Virus record (IMG/VR): IMGVR_UViG_3300037488_001194
Location: 1-56,586 of that record
Length of the DNA: 56,586 nt
From: a virus
Taxonomy: Duplodnaviria; Caudoviricetes
Reading direction: 5' to 3' (one strand)
In this document: piece after piece, positions 23,758-32,895 of the stretch
Numbering within the stretch: position 1 is the stretch's first letter
Layout of the letters: each line of letters starts with the position of its first letter
The notes under the pieces: generated by a model
The model's input: the letters and a program-made list of their open reading frames with translations, nothing else
The model's database searches: none
What the model was told of the DNA's origin: nothing
Translations under genes and position numbers: made by a program

Positions 23758-26010
23758 TTATTTGTTTCTCTGAATGATCCCCATATAGGAGATCAAAGTT
23801 TCTGTGGGTGAAGTCTTATTCTTCTTGAGCCATTGGGTATCGTTGTTCCAATGGCTACGACTAAGCGTAGCCCAACGAACCATCGGCCAACCTCGGAGCA
23901 AGACATCGGAGTGATGCTTGACTGTGAGATCGTCGTCTGGTTTGTATGAGTCGATTGTCTTCTTACTCATTAGCTCTTTCAGTCCATACCTTTCGGGTTG
24001 CTGGATGAGATGAGCTAGGCTTATCACTTGGCTGGTGTACTTGAAGGACAACAACTCAACCATCTTCTTGGCTGGGTGTTGATCTGGCAGATTGGATGCA
24101 CGGATTGCTTTAGGCAAGTCGCCGTCCTTCCAATGGTCGTCATTCATCCAAGCGTAGCCGTCGAAGATGTTACGCTCTTCGCCGTTGCACAAGTTGAACT
24201 CGAGCCGACGCCAGACCAGTTCGCCCAAGGCTTGGTTGTCCTTGAACATACGGGTCATAGCATTCTGCAACGCAGTATCAAACCAAGAGCCATCGTCGGG
24301 TAGCTTCTCGCCTTTCTTCTTGGCTAGGATTCTACCCTTGAATAGCTTGGCTAGTGTCAACTCTTGTACCAACTTCTTAAGCTGGCGGTTATCGAGGACA
24401 GGAGTTGTCGGCTCAAACTTTTCTATCTCAATCCACCAATCATCGTCGGTGTATTCTCCATCGACTAGCTTCCAATGATCGGACGACTTGCTTGCGTGTC
24501 CAGCCAAGTCCATATCCAACTCGAATGTCTTGCCCTTGGTGTGCTTGGCATTCTTGTCGTAGGACTGACCGCCACCGACCGTATTGACTGGAGGCTCGGG
24601 CAATGTGTGGTAGTCCACATACTTGATCTTGGCTAGCTCCTTGTGGGTCTTGCACAGATCATCCCAATCCTCCTTACAGGTGATCACATAGACAGTTGCG
24701 TTCTCCTTGATGTGGCCGTTGGCATAGGCGAACTTGAGTCTGCCAGTACGGAAGTTCTTCTTGTCGGGGACAAGATAGACTTCGACATATCGGTTGACCA
24801 TTATGGAGTGAGGAGATTCCTGGCGGAGTCTGTTCTTACCCCAGTTACGCCAACCGCAGAGTGTCACGGACAAGTCGGGGTGTACCACCTTCGACCCATC
24901 CCTCGTGACCATCGGCAGTTCGATGATGCCGTCAACCTTCTGTCCCTTCCATAGCACCTTGTTCTTGATCTTCTTGAGCAGGTTCTCCATCCGACTATCG
25001 TGATGGTAGTGCCGACTCTTGAAGATGTTGGCCTCGATGCAAGCATCCCACCAAGTCGGTGCGTTCTGGATGCGTTGCTCAACGACCCGTGCCAAGCCAT
25101 CGACCACCTTCTTAACCTCGGCAGTCAATCGCTTGACGGTCATTGGCGTGTACATCAGAGCCTCACGGCTTGGTGCAACTTGCAATCCTCCAACCTCGAT
25201 GTCGAAGGTGATGCCCAGATTCGTGGCTACTGCCAGATCATCGGGCAACTTGAACGAGTTGTAGTTGATCGGATACTTCACATCTCCCATCACAACATAG
25301 GAGTGGGTCTTCTCGTTGGGGTCTGTCATCTGCCAGTTATCTTCCTTGAGAACCACATGCTCGGGTTCTTGGTTGATCTCCTTGTACTCGTCGGCTGTTG
25401 CATTGCTCACCGTGGGTTTAACACGGAAGACATTGAACACCTCGACTGCGGTACTTCTGAACCGCTCCACATCGTTGGCCTTGACGGGTAGCTTGACCTC
25501 GACGCCATTGGGTTCGTCCGTCTCGGACTCTTCCAAGGTATCGAAGGATGGCACACCGAACTCATCCTTGAAGCATACGAGTACCCACTTCTTACCACCC
25601 TTGATGCAGGTGATAGTCCATTGGTCGGTGTACGCGGCAGGTGCCTTACAGCCCAGCCCGAAGCCACCAGTATACTCGTTGCTCGTGGATTTGTATTCAC
25701 CAGACGAGCCATAGCTTGCCATTAGCTTGCCGAACTCGTCGATGTCCAGACCCAAGCCCTCATCCTTGATGATGAAGGTCGGGCCCGATGTGCTGGGGAA
25801 TGTCACCTTGATGGGTGACTTGTTCCCGCTTGCCTTGTGGGATTCGTTGGCATTGACGGACAGCTCACGGATTACCGCCTTGATTGGGTCGGCATACAGA
25901 CCAGACAAGATGCCCATAATGTGGGCACGATTGGCTAGGTTGACTGTGAACTGTGCTCGCTTGCCAAGGGTCTTCGCCACGGGGTTAAACCTTGACTGCG
26001 TTGTGATCAT
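23758..26010 (-). CDS. rIIA: rIIA-like protein (N-terminal GHKL/HATPase domain)
   Basis: LS.LY.D...AVIREL..NA, I.D.GLG, S.K..SN...GGFGLG.K, .APSRE.L.Y; directly upstream of rIIB. Confidence 0.9.
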   Translation of the reverse strand: MITTQSRFNPVAKTLGKRAQFTVNLANRAHIMGILSGLYADPIKAVIRELSVNANESHKASGNKSPIKVTFPSTSGPTFIIKDEGLGLDIDEFGKLMASYGSSGEYKSTSNEYTGGFGLGCKAPAAYTDQWTITCIKGGKKWVLVCFKDEFGVPSFDTLEESETDEPNGVEVKLPVKANDVERFRSTAVEVFNVFRVKPTVSNATADEYKEINQEPEHVVLKEDNWQMTDPNEKTHSYVVMGDVKYPINYNSFKLPDDLAVATNLGITFDIEVGGLQVAPSREALMYTPMTVKRLTAEVKKVVDGLARVVEQRIQNAPTWWDACIEANIFKSRHYHHDSRMENLLKKIKNKVLWKGQKVDGIIELPMVTRDGSKVVHPDLSVTLCGWRNWGKNRLRQESPHSIMVNRYVEVYLVPDKKNFRTGRLKFAYANGHIKENATVYVITCKEDWDDLCKTHKELAKIKYVDYHTLPEPPVNTVGGGQSYDKNAKHTKGKTFELDMDLAGHASKSSDHWKLVDGEYTDDDWWIEIEKFEPTTPVLDNRQLKKLVQELTLAKLFKGRILAKKKGEKLPDDGSWFDTALQNAMTRMFKDNQALGELVWRRLEFNLCNGEERNIFDGYAWMNDDHWKDGDLPKAIRASNLPDQHPAKKMVELLSFKYTSQVISLAHLIQQPERYGLKELMSKKTIDSYKPDDDLTVKHHSDVLLRGWPMVRWATLSRSHWNNDTQWLKKNKTSPTETLISYMGIIQRNK

Positions 26011-26212
26011 TCACTTTATCCTTTCTTGTTAGGGTTACATTCCAGATTGATACCGAGTCAGAGTCTCCGAACCCGATCAGATGATTCTTGATGGGTTCAG
26101 CGTCTTCGATTCTCGTGAACAAATAGTCACACGCAAGCACATTGTCCTTATCGAACAAGGCATACGCATCCCATTTCCTCACGGCATCGTGTACCTTTAC
26201 TCCCTTACTCAT
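25985..26212 (-). CDS. Hypothetical early protein
   Basis: Likely start MSKGVKV overlapping the upstream stop codon. Confidence 0.45.
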   Translation of the reverse strand: MSKGVKVHDAVRKWDAYALFDKDNVLACDYLFTRIEDAEPIKNHLIGFGDSDSVSIWNVTLTRKDKVNDHNAVKV

Positions 26213-26529
26213 CCGAGTGTCGGGATTAAGCTGGATAAGAACTTGGGGAAAGTCTTCTCCACCTTGCACTCGCTCACCAAGGACTCTGCATCTTGGATAC
26301 CACGAGCCTTGAGTTCTCCGATTAGCTTGGTCATTGAGATGTCAGACCTCGAGCCTTGGCTGGCCGTGATCTGCCACTTGATTCCCTGGAAGTGTGTCAC
26401 TCCCCGTTGCTCAAGTGCCGTCTTGAATACGGGCATGATGCTCTCTCGGAGCTTGTCCGCATTCAACTTGGTCTGGTTGTACTCGCCGAACAAGTCCACT
26501 TGTTCCGCTGTGTATATTAGTTTGCTCAT
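26209..26529 (-). CDS. Hypothetical early protein
   Basis: AAGGAGG SD. Confidence 0.6.
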   Translation of the reverse strand: MSKLIYTAEQVDLFGEYNQTKLNADKLRESIMPVFKTALEQRGVTHFQGIKWQITASQGSRSDISMTKLIGELKARGIQDAESLVSECKVEKTFPKFLSSLIPTLG

Positions 26530-26581
26530 ATGTTCCTCCTTTTATTGGTTGGTGTACCCCACCTAACGGCGGGGAAATCTG

Positions 26582-26851
26582 TTAGCCCATAGCTTCTTCA
26601 GCTCGACGAGACGCCACTTCACTAATGGCCTCCTCCGCGGCGAGTTTGATATCTTCGGGGATAGCCCCGTCGAAGTCTCCCACCATAAGGTTATTGATCT
26701 CGACATCTTGGGTAACATACGACTCGTAGTGATCGTGATATCTAACTGGGCCGATGTCCTCCTTCTCGAGAGTGACAACGACATCAGCGGATACACAATA
26801 CTCTTGGCCGTTATGTTTGAACTCTGTCTCTACATCATTCTCCCAAGTCAT
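26582..26851 (-). CDS. Hypothetical acidic early protein
   Basis: GGAG SD; ATGA coupling. Confidence 0.55.
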   Translation of the reverse strand: MTWENDVETEFKHNGQEYCVSADVVVTLEKEDIGPVRYHDHYESYVTQDVEINNLMVGDFDGAIPEDIKLAAEEAISEVASRRAEEAMG

Positions 26852-27099
26852 ATATCAAACTCCATTTGCTGGGCTACTGGTTCAATCTGATAGCCGTATG
26901 CCCAGTTGCCAGACGCTAGGTCGAACACGCAACCACTCTTCTCGGCCACGGGTATGGATTCCACGGGGTCTCCATACTTCCCGCCGTCTGGGCACTTGTC
27001 GATGTTCACTACCTTGGTCTGCTTCCAGCCATCAGTCCCGAACGAACCCCGCCACCAGACGAGGTCACCTTTTCGGATTGTCATTGGTGTTGTTTTCAT
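26848..27099 (-). CDS. Hypothetical early protein
   Basis: AAGGAG SD; W.G.FG...NWAYGYQI motif. Confidence 0.55.
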   Translation of the reverse strand: MKTTPMTIRKGDLVWWRGSFGTDGWKQTKVVNIDKCPDGGKYGDPVESIPVAEKSGCVFDLASGNWAYGYQIEPVAQQMEFDI

Positions 27100-27180
27100 T
27101 GGTCTCCTTTATGAATTCAACGAGGACGGGATAGAGTGTCTCTTGGTTCTCGTCCATCGCCTTGTCGAACTTTGTCTTAC

Positions 27181-27414
27181 TCATCGCTTGCCCTTCTTCT
27201 TGGGCACAGTCACGATGCGTTGTTCAATTCCAGCATCAGTAAAGTCGGTTGCTCCGACTGTATTTCCGTTGCTGTCTTTGAGCGTAACGCATACGAACTC
27301 TTTGTGCATATCGTTGACGAGACCTTGGAAGATTCTCGCCAACTCTGGCCAAGGTGTGGGCTGGAAAGCATCGCCTCCCACCTTCACCTCGACTTTGAAT
27401 ACTGCTTCACTCAT
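27181..27414 (-). CDS. Hypothetical early protein
   Basis: AAGGAGGAG SD; AF....ELARI.......LKDSNGNTVG motif. Confidence 0.6.
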   Translation of the reverse strand: MSEAVFKVEVKVGGDAFQPTPWPELARIFQGLVNDMHKEFVCVTLKDSNGNTVGATDFTDAGIEQRIVTVPKKKGKR

Positions 27415-27532
27415 AGATCAACTCCTCCTTTCTTTAATAACCAAACTGCTCCGAAGCTTAGTAGGATGCACGGAACGACCCATTGACCGATCTTCCAGAA
27501 CACGAGTGCCAGGAATATCGCATTCTCAAAGG

Positions 27533-27772
27533 TCATTTACGCCTGCCTACTTGGATGTTGGAGTTGCGGTTCTCGAACCGAGTCCGATGATACCGCTTCT
27601 CCACGACTGCTTCGATGATGGCTTCGCAGGCACGATGAAACCTCTTAGATTTCCGTGCTACATCGCCATTGATTCCTCGGATGCACTTCACATCCACGCT
27701 GTCCCGTCTGCCCGTTAGTTTGTCCCACTCTTGGGGACGCTCCATTGGGTTAAGCATAATATCTTGTTCCAT
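27533..27772 (-). CDS. Hypothetical early protein
   Basis: AAGGAGG SD before MEQDIM. Confidence 0.5.
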   Translation of the reverse strand: MEQDIMLNPMERPQEWDKLTGRRDSVDVKCIRGINGDVARKSKRFHRACEAIIEAVVEKRYHRTRFENRNSNIQVGRRK

Positions 27773-27799
27773 ATAACCTCCTTTCAAGGTTGTCTATAA

Positions 27800-28033
27800 C
27801 TACACAGCCCGCCCACCTGCGAAAAGAACATTCCGCAGGATGGATTGCTGGCCTTTACGATTGGTGATCTTCTTGTGCCGTTCAAAATCCTCGGGATTTC
27901 TGAACAGTTGTATCGTGCCTCCCGTTTTATGGTCAAAGACGAGAGACCCCCGATACCTTTCGACATCGGGGAGTCTCACCGCCTTTCTATAACCTATCGG
28001 GAAAGCTGGATAGGTTACGACCCTGGCGTCCAT
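27800..28033 (-). CDS. Hypothetical early protein
   Basis: ORF filling the minus-strand array. Confidence 0.35.
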   Translation of the reverse strand: MDARVVTYPAFPIGYRKAVRLPDVERYRGSLVFDHKTGGTIQLFRNPEDFERHKKITNRKGQQSILRNVLFAGGRAV

Positions 28034-28260
28034 GTGACGGACAGCTTATCCAGCTCGGCTTGTGTCGGCATCTCGTACCGAATCTTCACTCCGAAGTCCG
28101 AGGCACGGGCATTGACCATCCGCAGGTCTTTGTTGTACTCGTGCATCGCTTGAGCTTTGGCGAAGTTGGGAAGCCTTGCGGGCGTTCCCTCGTATCCATT
28201 CTTCAATCGGGCGGTATACGATACCACTCCGAGATTATTGGTTTGAGCTATCACTTTCAT
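28015..28260 (-). CDS. Hypothetical early protein
   Basis: AAAGAGG SD. Confidence 0.55.
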   Translation of the reverse strand: MKVIAQTNNLGVVSYTARLKNGYEGTPARLPNFAKAQAMHEYNKDLRMVNARASDFGVKIRYEMPTQAELDKLSVTWTPGS

Positions 28261-28352
28261 TATGTACCTCTTTCTATTATTGGTTGTTGTATGTTATCCC
28301 AACATCATCCGATGAAGGGTGTATAGTCCTAGGGTTTAGGACTATTCACCGT

Positions 28353-28496
28353 TCACCGATCAAGGCGGACTATGGATACATCGTCCCGATCTTCGCTCCA
28401 ACCTTTCTCTTTCAAGAAAGATTCAGCCCGTTCGAGATTATCGAAGCTCTTCACAATATAGTTATTGCGAACGACAAACCATTTTTGTTTAAGCAT
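28353..28496 (-). CDS. 47-aa hypothetical protein (not in ORF track)
   Basis: GAAAGGAG SD; MLKQKWFVVRNNYIVKSFDNLERAESFLKEKGW. Confidence 0.55.
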   Translation of the reverse strand: MLKQKWFVVRNNYIVKSFDNLERAESFLKEKGWSEDRDDVSIVRLDR

Positions 28497-28529
28497 TGTG
28501 TTCTCCTTTCAGTTGGTTATATAGTGCTT

Positions 28530-29144
28530 GTGCCCAAGAAGTTGGATGTAGATTGGAAAGCCATAGAAGGTTTATACACTATGGGAATGAAGCCCGATGC
28601 AATAGCCCACACATATAACCTTAACATTCAATCACTTCGAACAAGGATTAAAAGGGGTCAATGGAAGGTTCAAAAGGATGCACTTCGGGCTCAAAAAGAG
28701 GTCATAGTGACCCAAGAGCGGGCTCAGATGGTGGCTAATGCGGGTACTGCCTATCAACAAAGGCTGATAAAGCACATCGAAGCTGGGATGGGCGTTCTTG
28801 ACGACAATCTGCCCACCACCCGCCCCGAAGTCTCCCAACACTTCGACGCATTAGGAAAGGTGGATAAGATTGCCGTTCGAGCCTACGGATTAGAATCCAC
28901 AGTCCACGGTTCTCAGTCCACCACCCTTAATCTTAACTTGTTAAAGGTAGATTATGCACCGCAGGTTGAGGAGCGTAAGGTTGAGAGTGTCGAAGTGTTA
29001 GCTGAAGAAGTTAAACCCGACATTCTAATCCCCGAACGCCCATCATATAACCCCGTCCGCAGAATATCCTCACTTATAAGTGTGGACGCATCCGCTTTAC
29101 AATCAGAGACTTCCGTAGAAAATACGCAAGTTACTGATAGTTAA
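28530..29144 (+). CDS. Putative terminase small subunit / HTH DNA-binding protein
   Basis: Likely GTG start at 28530. PKKLDVDWKAIEGLY..G....IA..Y......LRTRIKRGQW resembles the TerS N-terminal HTH and is followed by a helical segment. Confidence 0.6.
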   Translation: MPKKLDVDWKAIEGLYTMGMKPDAIAHTYNLNIQSLRTRIKRGQWKVQKDALRAQKEVIVTQERAQMVANAGTAYQQRLIKHIEAGMGVLDDNLPTTRPEVSQHFDALGKVDKIAVRAYGLESTVHGSQSTTLNLNLLKVDYAPQVEERKVESVEVLAEEVKPDILIPERPSYNPVRRISSLISVDASALQSETSVENTQVTDS

Positions 29145-29172
29145 GCAGTTGCTACGCAAGTTAATACATCAT

Positions 29173-29391
29173 CTATTGTGCGACTTTTGAATCAGCCCTC
29201 TCGATTGAGAGTTGTCCCGTCACACAATCCCTCCACAAGATGTCCCCGTTTGCCAGTCGCTGCCCACGCCTGGTAATCCTGGATCTTCCACCGATCACTC
29301 GTGGCTTGCGTCTATGGCCAAGCGATAATTCCTTACAGATTGAGCGGATATTGTCCCGCTTCCACCCGCCTGTGTATTGCCTGATATTCAT
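29173..29391 (-). CDS. Hypothetical basic early protein
   Basis: AGGTGG SD-like sequence; 72 aa. Confidence 0.45.
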   Translation of the reverse strand: MNIRQYTGGWKRDNIRSICKELSLGHRRKPRVIGGRSRITRRGQRLANGDILWRDCVTGQLSIERADSKVAQ

Positions 29392-29468
29392 TCCACCTGC
29401 TTTCTCCGCCTGTTAGCGGTGGCGAGGCAGATGATGAGTCTGCCCCGCTGACCGATAACCCTTGGTCT

Positions 29469-29870
29469 TTAGCTGTTCAGCTTGGCAAGGATCGCATCCA
29501 AGTCCGCCTTGGGCAGACTGGACAGAGCCTTGAGGATGTCGGCATCCTTGAGCTTGGGAGCTTTCTCCTTGGGAGTCTTGGCCTTGGAGAATGCGATACG
29601 CACTCCCACAAGATTGCCTTCCTTGTCCACCGTCTCGACACTATTCGAGAGCGACAGACCATTGGAGCGAGCTTTCTCAACGAAAGCCACAGCTTCGGCG
29701 TTGCGAGAGGCACAGTACCGAGAAAACTCGGCACGGTGTTCCGCACCACCCATTTCAAGTCCGAACGCCTGTCCGAATTCCTTGAAAGACAGACGCTTGT
29801 CCGTCGTGGCTGTGCTGTTTTTGTATTCCCGAATTGCGATCTTCCGATCGCTGATTGTTGCTAGTTGCAT
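29469..29870 (-). CDS. Hypothetical protein, probable first early gene
   Basis: AAAAGGAG SD before MQLATISDRK. Confidence 0.6.
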   Translation of the reverse strand: MQLATISDRKIAIREYKNSTATTDKRLSFKEFGQAFGLEMGGAEHRAEFSRYCASRNAEAVAFVEKARSNGLSLSNSVETVDKEGNLVGVRIAFSKAKTPKEKAPKLKDADILKALSSLPKADLDAILAKLNS

Positions 29871-30269
29871 TGTGTGTATCTCCTTTTGGTTAGTTGTAAA
29901 TCTACCCACCCTATCGGATGAGTAGATGCCAACCCCCGACCTGGATTCGGTATGCATCGTTCCTTGCATTTACAAGGAAGGATCAGCGTCAATACAGATC
30001 GGGAATTAGCTCCCGTTAGTTTGATGGTCGATTGCACCATCATTCGTTTGAATGTTACCGCTTAAGCACGCTCATCCAGTTTTGAGATTATCGGCGTTCC
30101 TCATCTTCGTTCAGATTAATCGGGGAGCAAACATCGTCTCTAATTGACCGCGACTGATAGTCTTTCGAGATAGATTCCCAAGTTGCCCGTTCCCGTGTGC
30201 TGAACTTCCGAGACTCGAATTGACGCATTCCCAAAACTCACAATCCCCTTGCGGGGTACTTCGTCTCTC

Positions 30270-30980
30270 TGGCGGATTAGTCACCCATAGTGACATTGGC
30301 GGATTAAAGACTTACACCTTTCGGCTAGTCAAGGGAGCGTAGCTACTTTTCTTTATATCCCTGTCTCAAGAGGGTCTCCCTGATCGTTTAGTTTAGTTTT
30401 TCGTTTTACATATTATCCTCTACAAGTTATACGGAAAAGGCGGGGAATGATTATTGAGTACGAAAGCCAGGCGGAAGTGTTTGATTATCAACGACTTACA
30501 TAAGCATCCTTATGTAACTCATTATCTATTAGGTACTTACACTAGGGGACTCCCTAATCCTACCCCTCCTTTTTCCAAACAATTTCTATCGTACAGGGAT
30601 GTGAAAAATTTAATTTATTTTTTATCCCCTTTGTAGTAAAAAACCCCCCTATTACGTACAAAACCGTAAAATGTACCCCCATTTTGGGCATGTGGTGGAT
30701 TATCTTAATCCACCCCGGAATGATCAACCCACCCCCTAAGTCGTTGATTTTCTTGTGTAGTGGTGTATATGGTGTATTATATATTCTATTATATTATAGG
30801 TATATATTATTAGAATATTAATTGGGCCGTGTATATTGTATAGCAGTGATATTAAAAATCCCCTCCTTGATCCACCACCCTCAATCTTCCCTTCGCCATG
30901 AACGACTTACAACCAAAACCCTAATCCACCACCTTTTCTTAATCCACCACTTTTTGGCCCTTGACTATCAAGGACTTACG
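30270..30980. promoter_or_regulatory. Putative replication origin / control region
   Basis: TAATCCACCAC-type repeats, AT-rich tract at 30775-30823, and WATCAANNNNTTR matches at 30486, 30737 (reverse) and 30966. Confidence 0.6.
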
Positions 30981-31223
30981 TTTCCGTCTTTTCGCCTTTG
31001 TAACTCCTTTAGGCTCAACGGCTTTCCAGATCCTACAATCCACATCCAGCTTTAAGGACTCCTCCATGCAGAACTTATAGACCTTCCATGACCAAGGATC
31101 CCATCCGAACCATGGAGTCCTGGATGTAAGGTCTCCGATCCAATAGTATAGGTATGACACCGCGAACTGGAATCTCTTGATCATCTTGACCGTAATATAC
31201 GCCGGCGGTACATCGATGTCCAC
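30939..31223 (-). CDS. Hypothetical protein (Trp-rich, basic C-terminus)
   Basis: ORF at the end of the replication operon; GGGAG SD. Confidence 0.45.
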   Translation of the reverse strand: MDIDVPPAYITVKMIKRFQFAVSYLYYWIGDLTSRTPWFGWDPWSWKVYKFCMEESLKLDVDCRIWKAVEPKGVTKAKRRKRKSLIVKGQKVVD

Positions 31224-31248
31224 GATGATTCTCCCGGCCTTCCTGATT

Positions 31249-32034
31249 CTACTTGGCTGCTGGATTATCGCGTTGTTGATGACGAGACGTTAGTTTGTTC
31301 TTAGCCAAGTTGGCACAGTTGGAGTTGTTAAGCTCACCTCCGCCATAGGATAACCCGAACACCTCCTTTACCCCTTGGCAGATCCAGTCCTCGCATGGAA
31401 GGTTGGCTATATTTAGATTGGTACGGCATTGATCTCTAAACCCCATATCAATCTTGGCGAAGTTCAAATGCCCCAAGAGAAGGTTGGCCCAATCGAAGAA
31501 CACCGTACTTGTCGGGTGATTCATCGTGATCGTCTGTTGCTCTGTCTTCCACAATGGTTCGATGGCCTTGGATAACCACATGCTCTCCGGAACGTTTTCT
31601 CGGATCTCCTTTGACTTCATCTTCTCGAAGTTGTGATTCCATCGCCTAGTAAACCCAACATCCGCCCCGTAGACTGCATAGTCCACGGCCTGATCTATTC
31701 CGTTCTTGTCCGCATAGTCGTAGACGATTTGCCAATCCTCTTCGGTCCCAAGACTCAAGTAGTAGCCCGAGTTGTACATAACCGACATGGGTGTGAGAAT
31801 TGTTCCCGGCTTTACGGGTTTTGATTCGTCTCCTGGCTTCCTTCCCATATGCTCGTGGTAGAACACATAATCTGCCCATTGCAGCGAATCGAGTTCTTCC
31901 TCCCGACTGGTAAGTCCTAAGTCCAACATGTAAGTCCGTATGACCCTAGTCTGGAACTTGCCGGCGTCCTTGGAGTACGTGAAGAAGTTGGCCAGCCCCT
32001 CGCCGTGGCAGTTGGAATGGAAAAGGATCTTCAC
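31249..32034 (-). CDS. WcbI-like polysaccharide-modification protein
   Basis: N-terminal ILFHSNCHG (compare GNCQ) and TMNHPT motif (compare T.NHP) characteristic of the WcbI family. Confidence 0.6.
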   Translation of the reverse strand: MKILFHSNCHGEGLANFFTYSKDAGKFQTRVIRTYMLDLGLTSREEELDSLQWADYVFYHEHMGRKPGDESKPVKPGTILTPMSVMYNSGYYLSLGTEEDWQIVYDYADKNGIDQAVDYAVYGADVGFTRRWNHNFEKMKSKEIRENVPESMWLSKAIEPLWKTEQQTITMNHPTSTVFFDWANLLLGHLNFAKIDMGFRDQCRTNLNIANLPCEDWICQGVKEVFGLSYGGGELNNSNCANLAKNKLTSRHQQRDNPAAK

Positions 32035-32057
32035 TCCCCCTATCTACATGGAATCGT

Positions 32058-32891
32058 TTATCTCAACAATGACCCAATCCAAGCTTTGACGCACCGGTCG
32101 ATTGTTTCGTACTTGCCTGGTTCGGTAAATCCCGAAGACATTGAATCGATCAGGTAGATCCCAAGGCAGTTCCTGATATCCCTGCTCTTGTGGATGAAGG
32201 AGCTTAGTTGAACAACCCTCCCCATTATGTCCTCCGTGCTATATGAAAAACTCGGAAGCAGACATTTCGTAATCGCAGCGAACACCCCAGGAGCCAACTT
32301 GTCGATCTCGGCCCTGAACTCTTTCCACTCCACGAGAGTCCGGATCGTCGACCCCTTGGTGTAGAGCGTACCTATTGTCTCAGCCCCGATTGCTTTGATC
32401 AGTTCCGCGAGGTCATTGGCATTGGGATTCTGGCAAGAGAAGTAATCGTAGTCTATCGATAGAATCCATTTGTTGTCGCTGAAGACTGGCGTGGATAGAT
32501 CCGTTACGACTGTCAGGGAAAGATCCTTTGCATCCACCAACGTATTCCTCGGTGCATAATCCTCATTGAGAAAGTAGAATGGCACGGACAACGATGAGCC
32601 CAGCTTGATTCCCTGACCCGTCTTGCCAATCGAGAAGCTGTAGACCCCATCCATGAAATCCATCGAGCTACGATCCTTAACCCACAATGCACGGTCCACG
32701 AATCCTAGATCCACCATCTTCGATATGAAGTTGCCGATGTCGAGGTAGCCGTTGAACATGGCTAAGTCGGAGTGGGCGTCCACGTTCACAATCTCGAAAG
32801 GGCCCTGAAGCCCGTCGTCCATAACCTTCCAGAACAGTTCGTCGTGTTCTTGGAGATGACTCACCTTCGGGATAGAACCTTGGGTGGTCAC
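32058..32891 (-). CDS. UPF0489 / arginase-deacetylase-fold metallohydrolase
   Basis: EHDELFW, IVNVDAHSDL, IGNFI, ILSIDYDYFSCQNP. Confidence 0.7.
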   Translation of the reverse strand: MTTQGSIPKVSHLQEHDELFWKVMDDGLQGPFEIVNVDAHSDLAMFNGYLDIGNFISKMVDLGFVDRALWVKDRSSMDFMDGVYSFSIGKTGQGIKLGSSLSVPFYFLNEDYAPRNTLVDAKDLSLTVVTDLSTPVFSDNKWILSIDYDYFSCQNPNANDLAELIKAIGAETIGTLYTKGSTIRTLVEWKEFRAEIDKLAPGVFAAITKCLLPSFSYSTEDIMGRVVQLSSFIHKSRDIRNCLGIYLIDSMSSGFTEPGKYETIDRCVKAWIGSLLR

Positions 32892-32895
32892 GTGA

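Noticed and set aside
26906-27718. 270-aa plus-strand ORF in the early region
   Set aside because: Antisense to three SD-bearing minus-strand genes; no motifs.
28176-28529. N-terminal 118 aa of the 322-aa ORF-track call
   Set aside because: Overlaps two minus-strand genes with good SDs; the HTH-like sequence starts only at about 28530.
30690-30950. Short repeats as a mini-CRISPR array
   Set aside because: Repeats are only ~11 bp, irregularly spaced and in both orientations, which fits iterons better.
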